Made by a program: the position numbers and the translations under genes. A DNA stretch of 64,000 nt, taken from NCBI GenBank assembly GCA_013002165.1, contig JABDKO010000027.1:425-64424 (forward strand), in the 5' to 3' direction. This document shows, in pieces, positions 19,712-28,638 of this stretch. The notes below the pieces were generated by a model, which saw only the letters and a list, made by a program, of their open reading frames with translations, had not been told where the DNA came from and ran no database searches. Positions within the stretch are counted from its first letter, which is position 1, and every line of letters starts with the position of its first letter. This DNA is from Rhodothermales bacterium (GTDB taxonomy: Bacteria; Bacteroidota; Rhodothermia; Rhodothermales; JABDKH01).

Positions 19712-21031
19712 TCAGTTTGAAGCTGGCCCCGTATCCCATTTCTGTGCGCTGGATACATCAGGAACCCCCCAATCGGTTCCTCTCCATCCCTGGAAACCAT
19801 CCATTTTGAATGTCCAGAATCCCGTCGACATATCGCTCACGACGATGAGGCCGTCTGCGTTGCGTACATCGACGCCAAACGCGCCATTGAACATTGGATA
19901 CCGATCCGTATTGGGAGGGCCGATATACGTGTCGTAGTAAGCAACGGTCACAGGATCTGTAGGATCCGCAAGACTGAAAACCTGTAGTCCATCCAGGTAT
20001 CCGCTCACGAAGACATACGGCCAGCGTACCTCGTGATTATGCGTGAGATTCCGCCAATCCGCCGTCCAGGCACCGATCGGATTTCTGATATTCGTGACTT
20101 CTCCATCCAGAGCAGGCTTCAAATCAAAGATTCGGAGAGGAGCATACTGGTACTCAGTCTCTGCGACCGCGAATCTGCCATCTGGCGTAGGCGTGAAGGT
20201 GTGTCCGCTCGTGACACCGGATATTCCGGTCAACGTTGCAAGCAATTCGGGTGAATCCAGATTCGTGAAGTCATACACAAAATATCCGCCCCGACCACCA
20301 CCATAGAAACGGTCCTGGCCTGTTTCTTCATGATAGCCGGCATAGAAATCATGATATCCCCTGCGACCGTCTTCAGAGTTCGGCACTGGAATCTGTCCTA
20401 CCCGGGCATCGTCCATGTTGCCCTCTACGATCGCACCGAGGTCATATACCTGGGCAAACGCATTTGAGACTGTTGCGAGCAGAAGCACCTTTCCGCTGGA
20501 ATGCTTGTAGATATAAATGTTGTGGAATCCTCCGGGCATTTCAGGTTCACGTATCCGGGCGACCTCTTTTACCGTGCCGGGATCGGGCAGGCCGGATACG
20601 TCTAGCACAACCGCTCCCAAATCCGGATTAGGACCGCCCTGTCTGAACTGCAGCGACTGGACAACATAGTATTTGTCTTTCCATTTAAAGTGCTTGACAT
20701 CCATCCCTCCGGTGCCGAGATGCAGGTCCTGATTCTCAATCCGCCAACGATAAATAATCTTTGGCTTTGCCGGATCCGAGATATCAATCATATCGGTTCC
20801 TCGCGGACCTTCCGTGCCGTAGACCATCCGGGAGACATAGGCATACGGACGGTCGAGTTCCTGTTCGACATCCATATCGGCAACGCTTAGACGAGGTCCT
20901 AGTGGAATGTGACCAAGGACCGTAATGTTGTCACTCCCCGGTTTTTCCGCCGTCCATTGAGCCTGCACGTTCTGTGCAGCGACAATCATTAGTATCAGTG
21001 CTAATACAGGTATTACGTTTCTGCCAGTCAT
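19712..21031 (-). CDS. LVIVD-repeat (COG5276-like) secreted beta-propeller protein, paralog 1
   Basis: Start ATG 21031 gives the signal peptide MTGRNVIPVLALILMIVAAQNVQA. Repeat text: GTDMIDISDPAKPKII, GGYFVYDFTNLDSPELL, LQVFSLADPTDPVTV, ADGLIVVSDMSTGFW. Strongly similar to paralog 2. Confidence 0.65.
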   Translation of the reverse strand: MTGRNVIPVLALILMIVAAQNVQAQWTAEKPGSDNITVLGHIPLGPRLSVADMDVEQELDRPYAYVSRMVYGTEGPRGTDMIDISDPAKPKIIYRWRIENQDLHLGTGGMDVKHFKWKDKYYVVQSLQFRQGGPNPDLGAVVLDVSGLPDPGTVKEVARIREPEMPGGFHNIYIYKHSSGKVLLLATVSNAFAQVYDLGAIVEGNMDDARVGQIPVPNSEDGRRGYHDFYAGYHEETGQDRFYGGGRGGYFVYDFTNLDSPELLATLTGISGVTSGHTFTPTPDGRFAVAETEYQYAPLRIFDLKPALDGEVTNIRNPIGAWTADWRNLTHNHEVRWPYVFVSGYLDGLQVFSLADPTDPVTVAYYDTYIGPPNTDRYPMFNGAFGVDVRNADGLIVVSDMSTGFWTFKMDGFQGWRGTDWGVPDVSSAQKWDTGPASN

Positions 21032-21060
21032 GATGTACTGCGTTTTTCTAGTGAGAATCT

Positions 21061-22452
21061 TTACTTGTTTGATGGTCCGTTCTCCCAATCCTGGGCGCTC
21101 GACACATCGGGCACGCCGAAGGCCTCGCCGGACCAACCATTAAATCCGTCCATCTTCAGCGCCCAGAATCCGGTGGTCATATCGCTGACTACAATCAGAC
21201 CATCTGCATTCCTGACATCCACACCCCATGCTCCGTTGTAAATGCCCCACGTGTATGGACTGTTGATTCGACGAGCCTCACGATCGTTATGGGGTCCGTC
21301 GTACGTATCGTAGTATGCGACCGTATATGGCCGGGTTGGATCTTCCATCGAAAAGACGGATAGCCCGGTCTCATATCCTGATACAAACACATACGGCCAC
21401 CGAACTTCGTGGTTATGAGCCAGCGTCTTCCAGTCAGAATGCCACACCCCAATGGCGTGGTCAATGTTGTCCACTTCTCCATCAAGTGCCGGTTTCAGAT
21501 CAAAAATTCGGAGAGGCTGGTACTGCCACTCGGTCTCGCCGATGGCATACCGGCCATCAGGAGTCGGTGTAAACGTGTGTCCCCAGCGTACCCCTGGCAC
21601 GCCAAGTATGGTAACGAGAACTTCAGGTTCGGCGAGGTCGGTGATGTTAAACACATAGTAGCCTGAGCCACCGCCTCCATAGAAACGATCTTGTCCGGTC
21701 TCCTGGTGGTAACCGACGTAGAAATCGTGATATCCACGCGACCACATGTCCTCTGACTGGGGAACCGGGATGCGGCCAACCAGAGCACGGTTCTCGTTCT
21801 CGACGCGCTGCTCGATCTCGGTCTCAGACTGGTTCACTACGATGTCCAGATCGAACACTTTCGAATATTGGCCGGATGTCGCAAACAGAAGCGGTTTCCC
21901 TGTCGAGTGCTTGTATACAAAAATATTGTGGAATCCGCCCGGGGTATCTGATTGTGATATCCGCTCGACTTCGAAGACCTTCGACTGATCCGGAAGTCCG
22001 GTGACATCGAAGACAATTGCGCCGACATTCGCGTTCGGACTTCCCTGCCTGAACTGAAAAGACTGCACAAAGTAGTTGCGACCTTCGTGTGCAAAGTAGC
22101 GACCATCCATGGCGCCGCCCTGGTGCAGTTCAGGGTTCTCGATCCGCCATTTGTAGATCACTTTTGCATTGGAAGGATCTTCCAGATCAATGACATCAAA
22201 ACCGATTTCACCGCCGCGGCGAGCGACATATGCGTACGGCCGGTCCATGTTCTGCTCGATATCAACGTCTGCGATTGTCAGTGCCTCCCCAAGGGGAATA
22301 TGCGAAAGCACTTTCATGTTTGCGCTGCCCCTCTCGCCCGGAGGTGGTGGGTGGGACGGAGTTTCAATCTTTTGCGTCTGTCCTGCTGCCGATGTTGTCA
22401 CGAAAATCAGGGTCGCGAGTAACAGCGTTATGTCTCTGGCGTAAATGTTCAT
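21061..22452 (-). CDS. LVIVD-repeat secreted beta-propeller protein, paralog 2
   Basis: Start ATG 22452 gives the signal peptide MNIYARDITLLLATLIFVTTSAAG. It shares long identical blocks with paralog 1: GYHDFY.GYH.ETGQDRFYGGG, GHTFTPTPDGR, PLRIFDLKPALDGEV, HNHEVRWPYVFVSGY, GVDVRNADGLIVVSDM, GVPDVSSAQ. Confidence 0.65.
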   Translation of the reverse strand: MNIYARDITLLLATLIFVTTSAAGQTQKIETPSHPPPPGERGSANMKVLSHIPLGEALTIADVDIEQNMDRPYAYVARRGGEIGFDVIDLEDPSNAKVIYKWRIENPELHQGGAMDGRYFAHEGRNYFVQSFQFRQGSPNANVGAIVFDVTGLPDQSKVFEVERISQSDTPGGFHNIFVYKHSTGKPLLFATSGQYSKVFDLDIVVNQSETEIEQRVENENRALVGRIPVPQSEDMWSRGYHDFYVGYHQETGQDRFYGGGGSGYYVFNITDLAEPEVLVTILGVPGVRWGHTFTPTPDGRYAIGETEWQYQPLRIFDLKPALDGEVDNIDHAIGVWHSDWKTLAHNHEVRWPYVFVSGYETGLSVFSMEDPTRPYTVAYYDTYDGPHNDREARRINSPYTWGIYNGAWGVDVRNADGLIVVSDMTTGFWALKMDGFNGWSGEAFGVPDVSSAQDWENGPSNK

Positions 22453-22456
22453 CACT

Positions 22457-23773
22457 CTATCCACCGATTTCGTCCGGTCCGTTTTCCCAGTCCTGGACTG
22501 TTGATACATCTGGAATACCCCACCCGTGACCATCCCATCCCTTGAAGTCTTCTACACGTAGCAGCCATATTCCCGTTTCAAGATCTCCAACCGCAATAAG
22601 ACCATCGCGGTTGCGCACTTCCACATCGTATGCACCGCGGTGACCCGCGTTAGGATCGCAGTCGGTCTCGATCGTATTTGTACGAGCATATGCAGATGTG
22701 TACGGATTCTCATGATCTCGCATGTTGACCATTTGAAAACCGTCTTCCATTGAGGCTACAAATGCATAGGGCCACCGAAATTCAAACTGCTGCGCGAAAT
22801 TGCACCAATTTGCGGTCCAGGCACCAACAGCTGTCCGGATACGAGGAGCGTTGCCGTCAAAGACTGGCCGGAGGTCGTAAAACCTGAGCGGTGCAGTTCT
22901 GTAATCCGCCGCTGTCAGGACACCATTGCCGTTTGGTTCAGGCACTACCTTGTGTCCGTAAAGGATTCCTGCAGGATTGACCATTGCAAGAAGAGAGTCA
23001 CTGACTGGATTGGTGACATCATAAACATAATATCCTCCTGCACCAGCCGTGTACATTCGATCCTGACCAAGCGCCGGTTCGAAGCCGACAAAGACATCTC
23101 GAAATCCACGTAGCGAGGCAACGGGTTGCGCGGGACTGTCGATCGTAGCCACCAGGGCCGTATTTGCATCACCCTGAACCAGTGCATCCAGATCGTAGAC
23201 GTGAATTGCTGCGTCACCAGCCGTAAAAAGTAGTGCCTTCCCGGATGAATGCTTGTATGGAAACAGGTGTATAAATCCCGAACCCTCAAATGTTGTAATA
23301 CGCCGTACCTCGCGTGGTCCTGTCTCCCCGATTCTATAGATCACTGCAGCAACAGAGTTGCTCCGGGGCTCGGAGTGCTCGACTGCAACCACTGCATACC
23401 ATGCTCCGGCGGTATAAAATAATTTCACGTCCCTGCTTCGGGAAGTCGCCGGCAGGTCAGCGATGACCGCTGATGCAACGAGCTCGATGTCGCCGTCTGT
23501 CCTGATTCGATATGTGTCGACACCCTGACCATTTACCGACGGAGATGCCAGCAAGAGCGGCTGGTCTGGATCTTCTGACAGTGCCAGGTATAACGTACGG
23601 TCAAACTGACCGTCCTGTGCATCGACTGTGCGCTGAATCAGGCCTTCTACGGTTACGTTTCGAGTCGCCTGGATATCCTGGGCATGCAGCGCACTCGTGC
23701 CAGCGAATAGAAAGAGGAGTGTCAACGCCACAGCGGGCGAAATACGGATACGAGTCACAAATATTACCTGCAT
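22457..23773 (-). CDS. LVIVD-repeat secreted beta-propeller protein, divergent paralog 3
   Basis: Signal peptide MQVIFVTRIRISPAVALTLLFLFAGTSALHA. Collinear with paralogs 1 and 2 (PYKHSSGKALLF, GQDRMYTAGAGGYYVYDVTN, PLRFYDLRPVFDG, FRWPYAFV, DVEVRNRDGLIAVGDLETGIW, GIPDVSTVQDWENGP). Several His residues conserved in 1 and 2 are replaced. Confidence 0.6.
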   Translation of the reverse strand: MQVIFVTRIRISPAVALTLLFLFAGTSALHAQDIQATRNVTVEGLIQRTVDAQDGQFDRTLYLALSEDPDQPLLLASPSVNGQGVDTYRIRTDGDIELVASAVIADLPATSRSRDVKLFYTAGAWYAVVAVEHSEPRSNSVAAVIYRIGETGPREVRRITTFEGSGFIHLFPYKHSSGKALLFTAGDAAIHVYDLDALVQGDANTALVATIDSPAQPVASLRGFRDVFVGFEPALGQDRMYTAGAGGYYVYDVTNPVSDSLLAMVNPAGILYGHKVVPEPNGNGVLTAADYRTAPLRFYDLRPVFDGNAPRIRTAVGAWTANWCNFAQQFEFRWPYAFVASMEDGFQMVNMRDHENPYTSAYARTNTIETDCDPNAGHRGAYDVEVRNRDGLIAVGDLETGIWLLRVEDFKGWDGHGWGIPDVSTVQDWENGPDEIGG

Positions 23774-23827
23774 TATGTGGAGGAATAGAATGTATCAATT
23801 CGCCCACTCTAATAACAGGTAGTGTGA

Positions 23828-25093
23828 CTAATTACGAATGTGACCCGATCCGCGTCCTATCCATTTGTATGTGGTCAGTTCTTCGAGACCCATGGGACCC
23901 CTCGCATGAAGTTTCTGCGTGCTTACGGCCACCTCCGCGCCAAGCCCGAACTGACTTCCATCTGTGAATCGCGTGCTTGCATTGACATAGACTGCGGCCG
24001 AGTTGACGCGATCCACGAATTTTTCAGCGTTTTCCTCGTCTCCGGTTAGTATCGAGTCTGAATGCTCGGTACTGTGTTCGCGAATATGCATGATCGCTTC
24101 GTCCAGATCTGCTACAATTTTAACGCCGAGTGTCAGGCCGAGCCATTCCTTATCGAAATCGTCCGCACCGGCCTCTTCAACAACGCAACCATCCCCGGTC
24201 GATTGCAGCATCTCCAGAGCCTTTCCTTTTGCTTTCAGAACAACATCACTAAGTGCCAGGCGCTTGGAGATTTGCGGGAGAAATCTCTCGGCAACACTTT
24301 CGTGTACCAGCAGAGTATCCAGCGCATTGCACACGCTCGGGCGCTGGACTTTCGCATTTTCGATGATATCGAGAGCTCGAATACGATCAGCAGACTCATC
24401 GAGATAGATGTGACATATACCTATTCCGCCTGTGATTACCGGGATCGTCGCCTGCTCCCTGCAGAGATCATGTAGCCTTTGACCGCCGCGGGGAATGATC
24501 ATATCGACATATTTATCCAGACGAAGTAGTTTCTGGACATGTGACCTGTCCGGATCATCGATGTACTGGACGGCCTTCGAAGGTATTCCAGCCTGATCGA
24601 GAGCGTCCGAAATAATCTCGGCAAGTATCTTGTTCGAGTTCAGCGTTTCGGATCCACCTCGCAGAATAACGCTGTTGCCAGTCTTGATGCACAGGGTAGC
24701 AATGTCGACAGTCACGTTGGGCCGGGCCTCATAGATGACGCCAAGGACACCGATCGGCACACGACGACGCGAAAGCCGCATTCCGTTGTCCATGATTCGA
24801 GTGTCGATAATCTTACCGACAGGATCTTCGAGTTTGATAACATTCCTTGTATCTGCAACCAGGCCCTGGACGCGTTTTTCCGTGAGCAGGAGTCTGTCAA
24901 GGAGTGCGGGCGAAAGTCCCTTCCGTTTGCCCGCTTCGATATCGCGTGCGTTTCTTTCCAGAATGACTTCGGCGTTTCGCTCCAGTTGAACAGCGATCAT
25001 CTCCAACGCATTATTCTTGGCGTCGGTGCTCAGGCTGGATAGTTCGAATGCTGCTTCGCGGGCCAATCGACCCATTTTTACAAGTGATGTCAT
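23828..25093 (-). CDS. proA: Glutamate-5-semialdehyde dehydrogenase (gamma-glutamyl phosphate reductase)
   Basis: 421 aa. Full-length ProA-like text (...[27 protein letters not shown]..., ...[44 protein letters not shown]...). Confidence 0.95.
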   Translation of the reverse strand: MTSLVKMGRLAREAAFELSSLSTDAKNNALEMIAVQLERNAEVILERNARDIEAGKRKGLSPALLDRLLLTEKRVQGLVADTRNVIKLEDPVGKIIDTRIMDNGMRLSRRRVPIGVLGVIYEARPNVTVDIATLCIKTGNSVILRGGSETLNSNKILAEIISDALDQAGIPSKAVQYIDDPDRSHVQKLLRLDKYVDMIIPRGGQRLHDLCREQATIPVITGGIGICHIYLDESADRIRALDIIENAKVQRPSVCNALDTLLVHESVAERFLPQISKRLALSDVVLKAKGKALEMLQSTGDGCVVEEAGADDFDKEWLGLTLGVKIVADLDEAIMHIREHSTEHSDSILTGDEENAEKFVDRVNSAAVYVNASTRFTDGSQFGLGAEVAVSTQKLHARGPMGLEELTTYKWIGRGSGHIRN

Positions 25094-25118
25094 TACTTCA
25101 GGTTGATTGGATCAATTA

Positions 25119-26225
25119 CTAGTTTTCGCCGAGCAGGACAAGATCGTCCCTGTGGATTGCTGCAGTTCCATACGTGTATCCGAGCATGGTGCTGATTTCG
25201 TCCGAAGGGCGTCCCATGATGCGATTCAATTCAGCCGCATCATAGGATGATACGCCGCGCCCGAGCGTAAATCCGTTTTCGTCGGACACGGTTACCGTAT
25301 CTCCACGTTGGAAATGGCCGTCGACGCGTACAATACTTGAGGGTAGAAGGTTGCCACCGTTTGAATGGAGACTTTCAACCGCGGTCTTGTCGATGGCGAT
25401 TGTGCCATTAGGCTTTGCGCCTGCAAGTATCCACCGCTTGCGCCGTTCGAGTGGAGTTTTCAGAGCAGGGAATCGTGTACCGACTGGTTCTCCAGCCAGG
25501 ATACGGATGATGACATCCGGAGTTGTTCCTGATGCGATCACGACATCAGCGCCGGACCGTCGGGCAATGTCTGCAGCCTGTAGTTTTGTAGTCATCCCGC
25601 CGACGCCGAGGCCGGTCACGCTCCCGCCTGCAAGCGTGTGCAGGTTGTCATCGATAACATCCACTTCCTGAATTAACTCGGCCTCCGGATTGGTGCGCGG
25701 ATCAGCGGTGTACAGACCAGCCTGATCCGTCAACATCACGAGCAGGTCGGCCTCAGTGAGGGCAACCAGAAGTGCAGAAAGATTATCATTGTCACCGACT
25801 CGTATTTCGGCAGTCGCAACAGCGTCATTCTCGTTGACAATCGGAATGATATTGTGTTCAATCATTGCGGCCAGAGTGTCGCGGGCATTTAGAAAGCGAT
25901 TCCTGTCATGAACATCGGCACGGGTCAACAGCACCTGACCAACGTGGATGTCATAGATTCGAAAGAAGTTTTCCCACGCCCTGATGAGTCGTGTTTGGCC
26001 AACGGCAGCCAGCAGCTGTTTGGTTGTCACCGTAGCAGGCAGGTCGGGAAATCCCAGGTTCTCGCGGCCAGCCGCGATAGCCCCGGACGAGCAGATTATC
26101 ATCTCATGGTCCGAGCATGCACGAGCACACTGCCTGACCAATTCAACCATGTGCGCCCTATCAAGTCGCGGCGTACCGCCCGTCAGGACGCTGGTGCCGA
26201 TTTTAACAACTACTCTCTTATACAT
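25119..26225 (-). CDS. proB: Glutamate 5-kinase with C-terminal PUA domain
   Basis: [15 protein letters not shown]..., [27 protein letters not shown]-like [12 protein letters not shown], and a PUA-like C-terminus. Lies immediately upstream of proA. Confidence 0.95.
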   Translation of the reverse strand: MYKRVVVKIGTSVLTGGTPRLDRAHMVELVRQCARACSDHEMIICSSGAIAAGRENLGFPDLPATVTTKQLLAAVGQTRLIRAWENFFRIYDIHVGQVLLTRADVHDRNRFLNARDTLAAMIEHNIIPIVNENDAVATAEIRVGDNDNLSALLVALTEADLLVMLTDQAGLYTADPRTNPEAELIQEVDVIDDNLHTLAGGSVTGLGVGGMTTKLQAADIARRSGADVVIASGTTPDVIIRILAGEPVGTRFPALKTPLERRKRWILAGAKPNGTIAIDKTAVESLHSNGGNLLPSSIVRVDGHFQRGDTVTVSDENGFTLGRGVSSYDAAELNRIMGRPSDEISTMLGYTYGTAAIHRDDLVLLGEN

Positions 26226-26319
26226 TACTTGTGTGATGTTACTGCCCGATGTCGGTATCGGTCGAAGGGCTGGAAGGTCAAAAGAGGTGTAGAAAAAACT
26301 AGGAGAAGATCGCCCGAAT

Positions 26320-27417
26320 TTAGCTTTTTCGGATTATCACGAGAGAAACATCGTCATACTGCGGTGCATCTTGAACAAATCGATCGACTGCTTCGATAAT
26401 ATCACGCCCGAGCTCTCCTGCAGGCTTGCCGGACCCGCGTTTGAGCAGTTTCTCCAGTCGTCGGTCACCAAAGAATTCGGACTCCGTATCGCGGGCTTCC
26501 GTAATCCCGTCGGAGTACAGCACCAGAACATCGCCGCTTGCCATCGTCGTTTCAACGGCAGAAAAAGACGCCTCGTCCATCAATCCTATTGCCGGTGAGC
26601 CGTGCGGATACGCTTCAATTCCATCGCGGGACAGGTGGAGTGCCGGAAGGTGGCCTGCGTTCAATATCGAAACCTCATTCGTGCCCTCGGCAAGTTCAAG
26701 GTAGATCAGGCTGGCAAATCGACTTGGAACGCCGTCTCGACGAAATATGCTGTTGATATGGCCTGCCAGATCAATCAGTGAATCCGTTGTAGGGGCCAGG
26801 GCGCGAATCGTCGCCTGAAGCTTTGCCATGTACATAGCGGCTCCAAGACCTTTGCCTGCAACGTCACCGAGGGATACACTGAATCTTCCCGGCCCGACGA
26901 CCATGTGGTCGACAAGGTCTCCTCCGACTTCGTTTGCCGGTCGCGAATAGATCCAGACATCCCAACCATCTACCACGGGTGCCGAATCCGGCATCAGCGC
27001 CAGTTGCACGGCTCGCCCTGTTGCAAGCTCACTCTGGGCAAGAAGTTTGTCTTTCAGCTCTAGAATCAGAACGGTTAGAATTACAAGCAGGGCGACGAAT
27101 GATTGCCCGACCGGACCATAGAACGCGGTAAGGGCAAGGAACAACCCGACAACGAGCATCAGTCGCCTGACCGGTGTCATGCGAAAAAACATCTCTCGGA
27201 TGATCCAGAATGAAACATGAATCCATTGTTCAAATGGATTCATTTCCTCTAACTTGTCGCGAGACTCTCGATCAAGGTAGAAGTTGTAGACATCCGCCAG
27301 GTCACGCTTGAATGATTGACTCAGGTCAGGTGATTCAAGATCGTCAAGGAATGTTCGCGTGAGTTTGCGATCCTCACGGCGTTTTTCTTCTTTTTGCTTT
27401 GTATCGACGTTGTCCAT
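26320..27417 (-). CDS. PP2C/SpoIIE-family serine phosphatase with N-terminal membrane segments
   Basis: [38 protein letters not shown] and [10 protein letters not shown] are SpoIIE/RsbU-type phosphatase blocks. Two TM helices precede the domain. Confidence 0.8.
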   Translation of the reverse strand: MDNVDTKQKEEKRREDRKLTRTFLDDLESPDLSQSFKRDLADVYNFYLDRESRDKLEEMNPFEQWIHVSFWIIREMFFRMTPVRRLMLVVGLFLALTAFYGPVGQSFVALLVILTVLILELKDKLLAQSELATGRAVQLALMPDSAPVVDGWDVWIYSRPANEVGGDLVDHMVVGPGRFSVSLGDVAGKGLGAAMYMAKLQATIRALAPTTDSLIDLAGHINSIFRRDGVPSRFASLIYLELAEGTNEVSILNAGHLPALHLSRDGIEAYPHGSPAIGLMDEASFSAVETTMASGDVLVLYSDGITEARDTESEFFGDRRLEKLLKRGSGKPAGELGRDIIEAVDRFVQDAPQYDDVSLVIIRKS

Positions 27418-27495
27418 GCACTCCTGTTCTGGATACCGAGGTCGTGAACGTACGTCGTGACAGATAGGTTGCGAATTCGCGGGGTCGATCGGAAA

Positions 27496-28137
27496 TCAGA
27501 ACCCCATCAGTATACCAATCTTGACTGCATTGGCTTTGACGCTTTCTGCAGTCTCGAGGATGCCACCGTCGTCAGTTTCGAGTTCGCCTGAGTAAATACC
27601 TGTCAGGTCGGACGCGTACCGAATTTCCGGAGAAAACCGGAAGGGCACATAAGGAATTCGGATTGATAGACCGACACCCGCCGCGAACGATGCATTTGCC
27701 AGTGAGAGATCATCCTTGAGCACGAATTCCGTGTCTTCCAGACTGAGCGCATATCTGAATTCCGGACCCGCGAAAATATAGGGTCGCAGAACGCCCCTTC
27801 GGTTAAATCGGAATCTCAGGTCGACCGGTATCGTGACGAAATTTACGTCGAAATGACTACGCTGAAAAAAAGATGCACCGTCAAAGAGTCCACCCGCATT
27901 CTCGTAGTTGAGTCCGCTTCGAATGGTAAACACACCAATATCGTAGCCAATCGCCGCACCCATGTGAAACCCGAGTACCAGATCGACCTCTGGCACCTCG
28001 CCGGATTTGAACTTCATGTCAATCTTCGTCAGCTGCGGACCTGCCGTCACTCCAACATGAAATTGGCCAAATACCGCAGTGGCGGAAAATAGCAGGAACA
28101 GGGCGACCAGGAATCCTCTGACAAAGTGCAATCTCAT
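27496..28137 (-). CDS. Outer-membrane beta-barrel (OmpA-barrel / porin-family) protein
   Basis: Start ATG 28137 gives the signal peptide MRLHFVRGFLVALFLLFSATAVFGQ. Alternating beta-strand pattern with a C-terminal ...VKIGILMGF (terminal Phe). The ORF-track start 28386 adds an implausible 83-aa extension. Confidence 0.7.
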   Translation of the reverse strand: MRLHFVRGFLVALFLLFSATAVFGQFHVGVTAGPQLTKIDMKFKSGEVPEVDLVLGFHMGAAIGYDIGVFTIRSGLNYENAGGLFDGASFFQRSHFDVNFVTIPVDLRFRFNRRGVLRPYIFAGPEFRYALSLEDTEFVLKDDLSLANASFAAGVGLSIRIPYVPFRFSPEIRYASDLTGIYSGELETDDGGILETAESVKANAVKIGILMGF

Positions 28138-28395
28138 TGATGCCGGTCGTCTATATGAACAACTACACAAAACATTCATCGAACTAAAGATAAGTTTCGT
28201 GACCGAATGACTCCAGAAACGGCTAAGAATGGCCGTTTGGGCTTGAATTGGCGTCCGTTTATCTTTTTTTAAGTGTAATACCTGAATAGCCTTGCAGGCT
28301 CCGTCTTTATTAGGGTGCACATCAATTGAGCACATCTTGTATTGGCAAGTCCATACTGATCGGCGTGGGACCCGGTCGTTGGACATAGTACTTTG

Positions 28396-28432
28396 GCCCG
28401 GTGACCGTGGTGGATCACCGGGCTATTTTTTT
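28396..28432 (+). terminator. Orphan plus-strand intrinsic terminator in a divergent intergenic region
   Basis: GCCCGGTGA-CCGTGGTGGA-TCACCGGGC (9-bp stem) followed by TATTTTTTT. No plus-strand CDS lies upstream. On the minus strand the hairpin is not followed by a U-tract. Confidence 0.6.
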
Positions 28433-28511
28433 GTCCAGTCTGCACTCGCTGCGGTGGATTAATCGCTTCCCAACGGCCCTTATCTGACCGAGGTACCGCT
28501 ACGGATTTAGC

Positions 28512-28538
28512 AATTTGATAATAATTTGGTAATATTTG
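28512..28538 (+). promoter_or_regulatory. Tandem direct 11-mers AATTTGATAAT / AATTTGGTAAT / ATTTG upstream of the Na/Pi-PPK2 operon (candidate response-regulator box or promoter TTTG elements)
   Basis: TTTG occurs at 28514, 28525 and 28535 (spacing 11 and 10 nt), about 100 nt upstream of ATG 28639. The function is inferred only. Confidence 0.3.
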
Positions 28539-28638
28539 CGCCTTGTCAGAGTCGGCTGTAGTACTAGCAAAGCTCGTACAACCGCCCCCTACAGCGTTTG
28601 CGACTCGATCCTACTAAGATTATCCACATCGGTCGCGC

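Noticed and set aside
28208-28279. 23-codon plus-strand mini-ORF MTPETAKNGRLGLNWRPFIFF in the OMP/transporter spacer
   Set aside because: It has no regulatory-codon bias and no supporting context. It overlaps the hairpin region only by chance as far as I can tell, and is mentioned only as part of the sRNA candidate interval.
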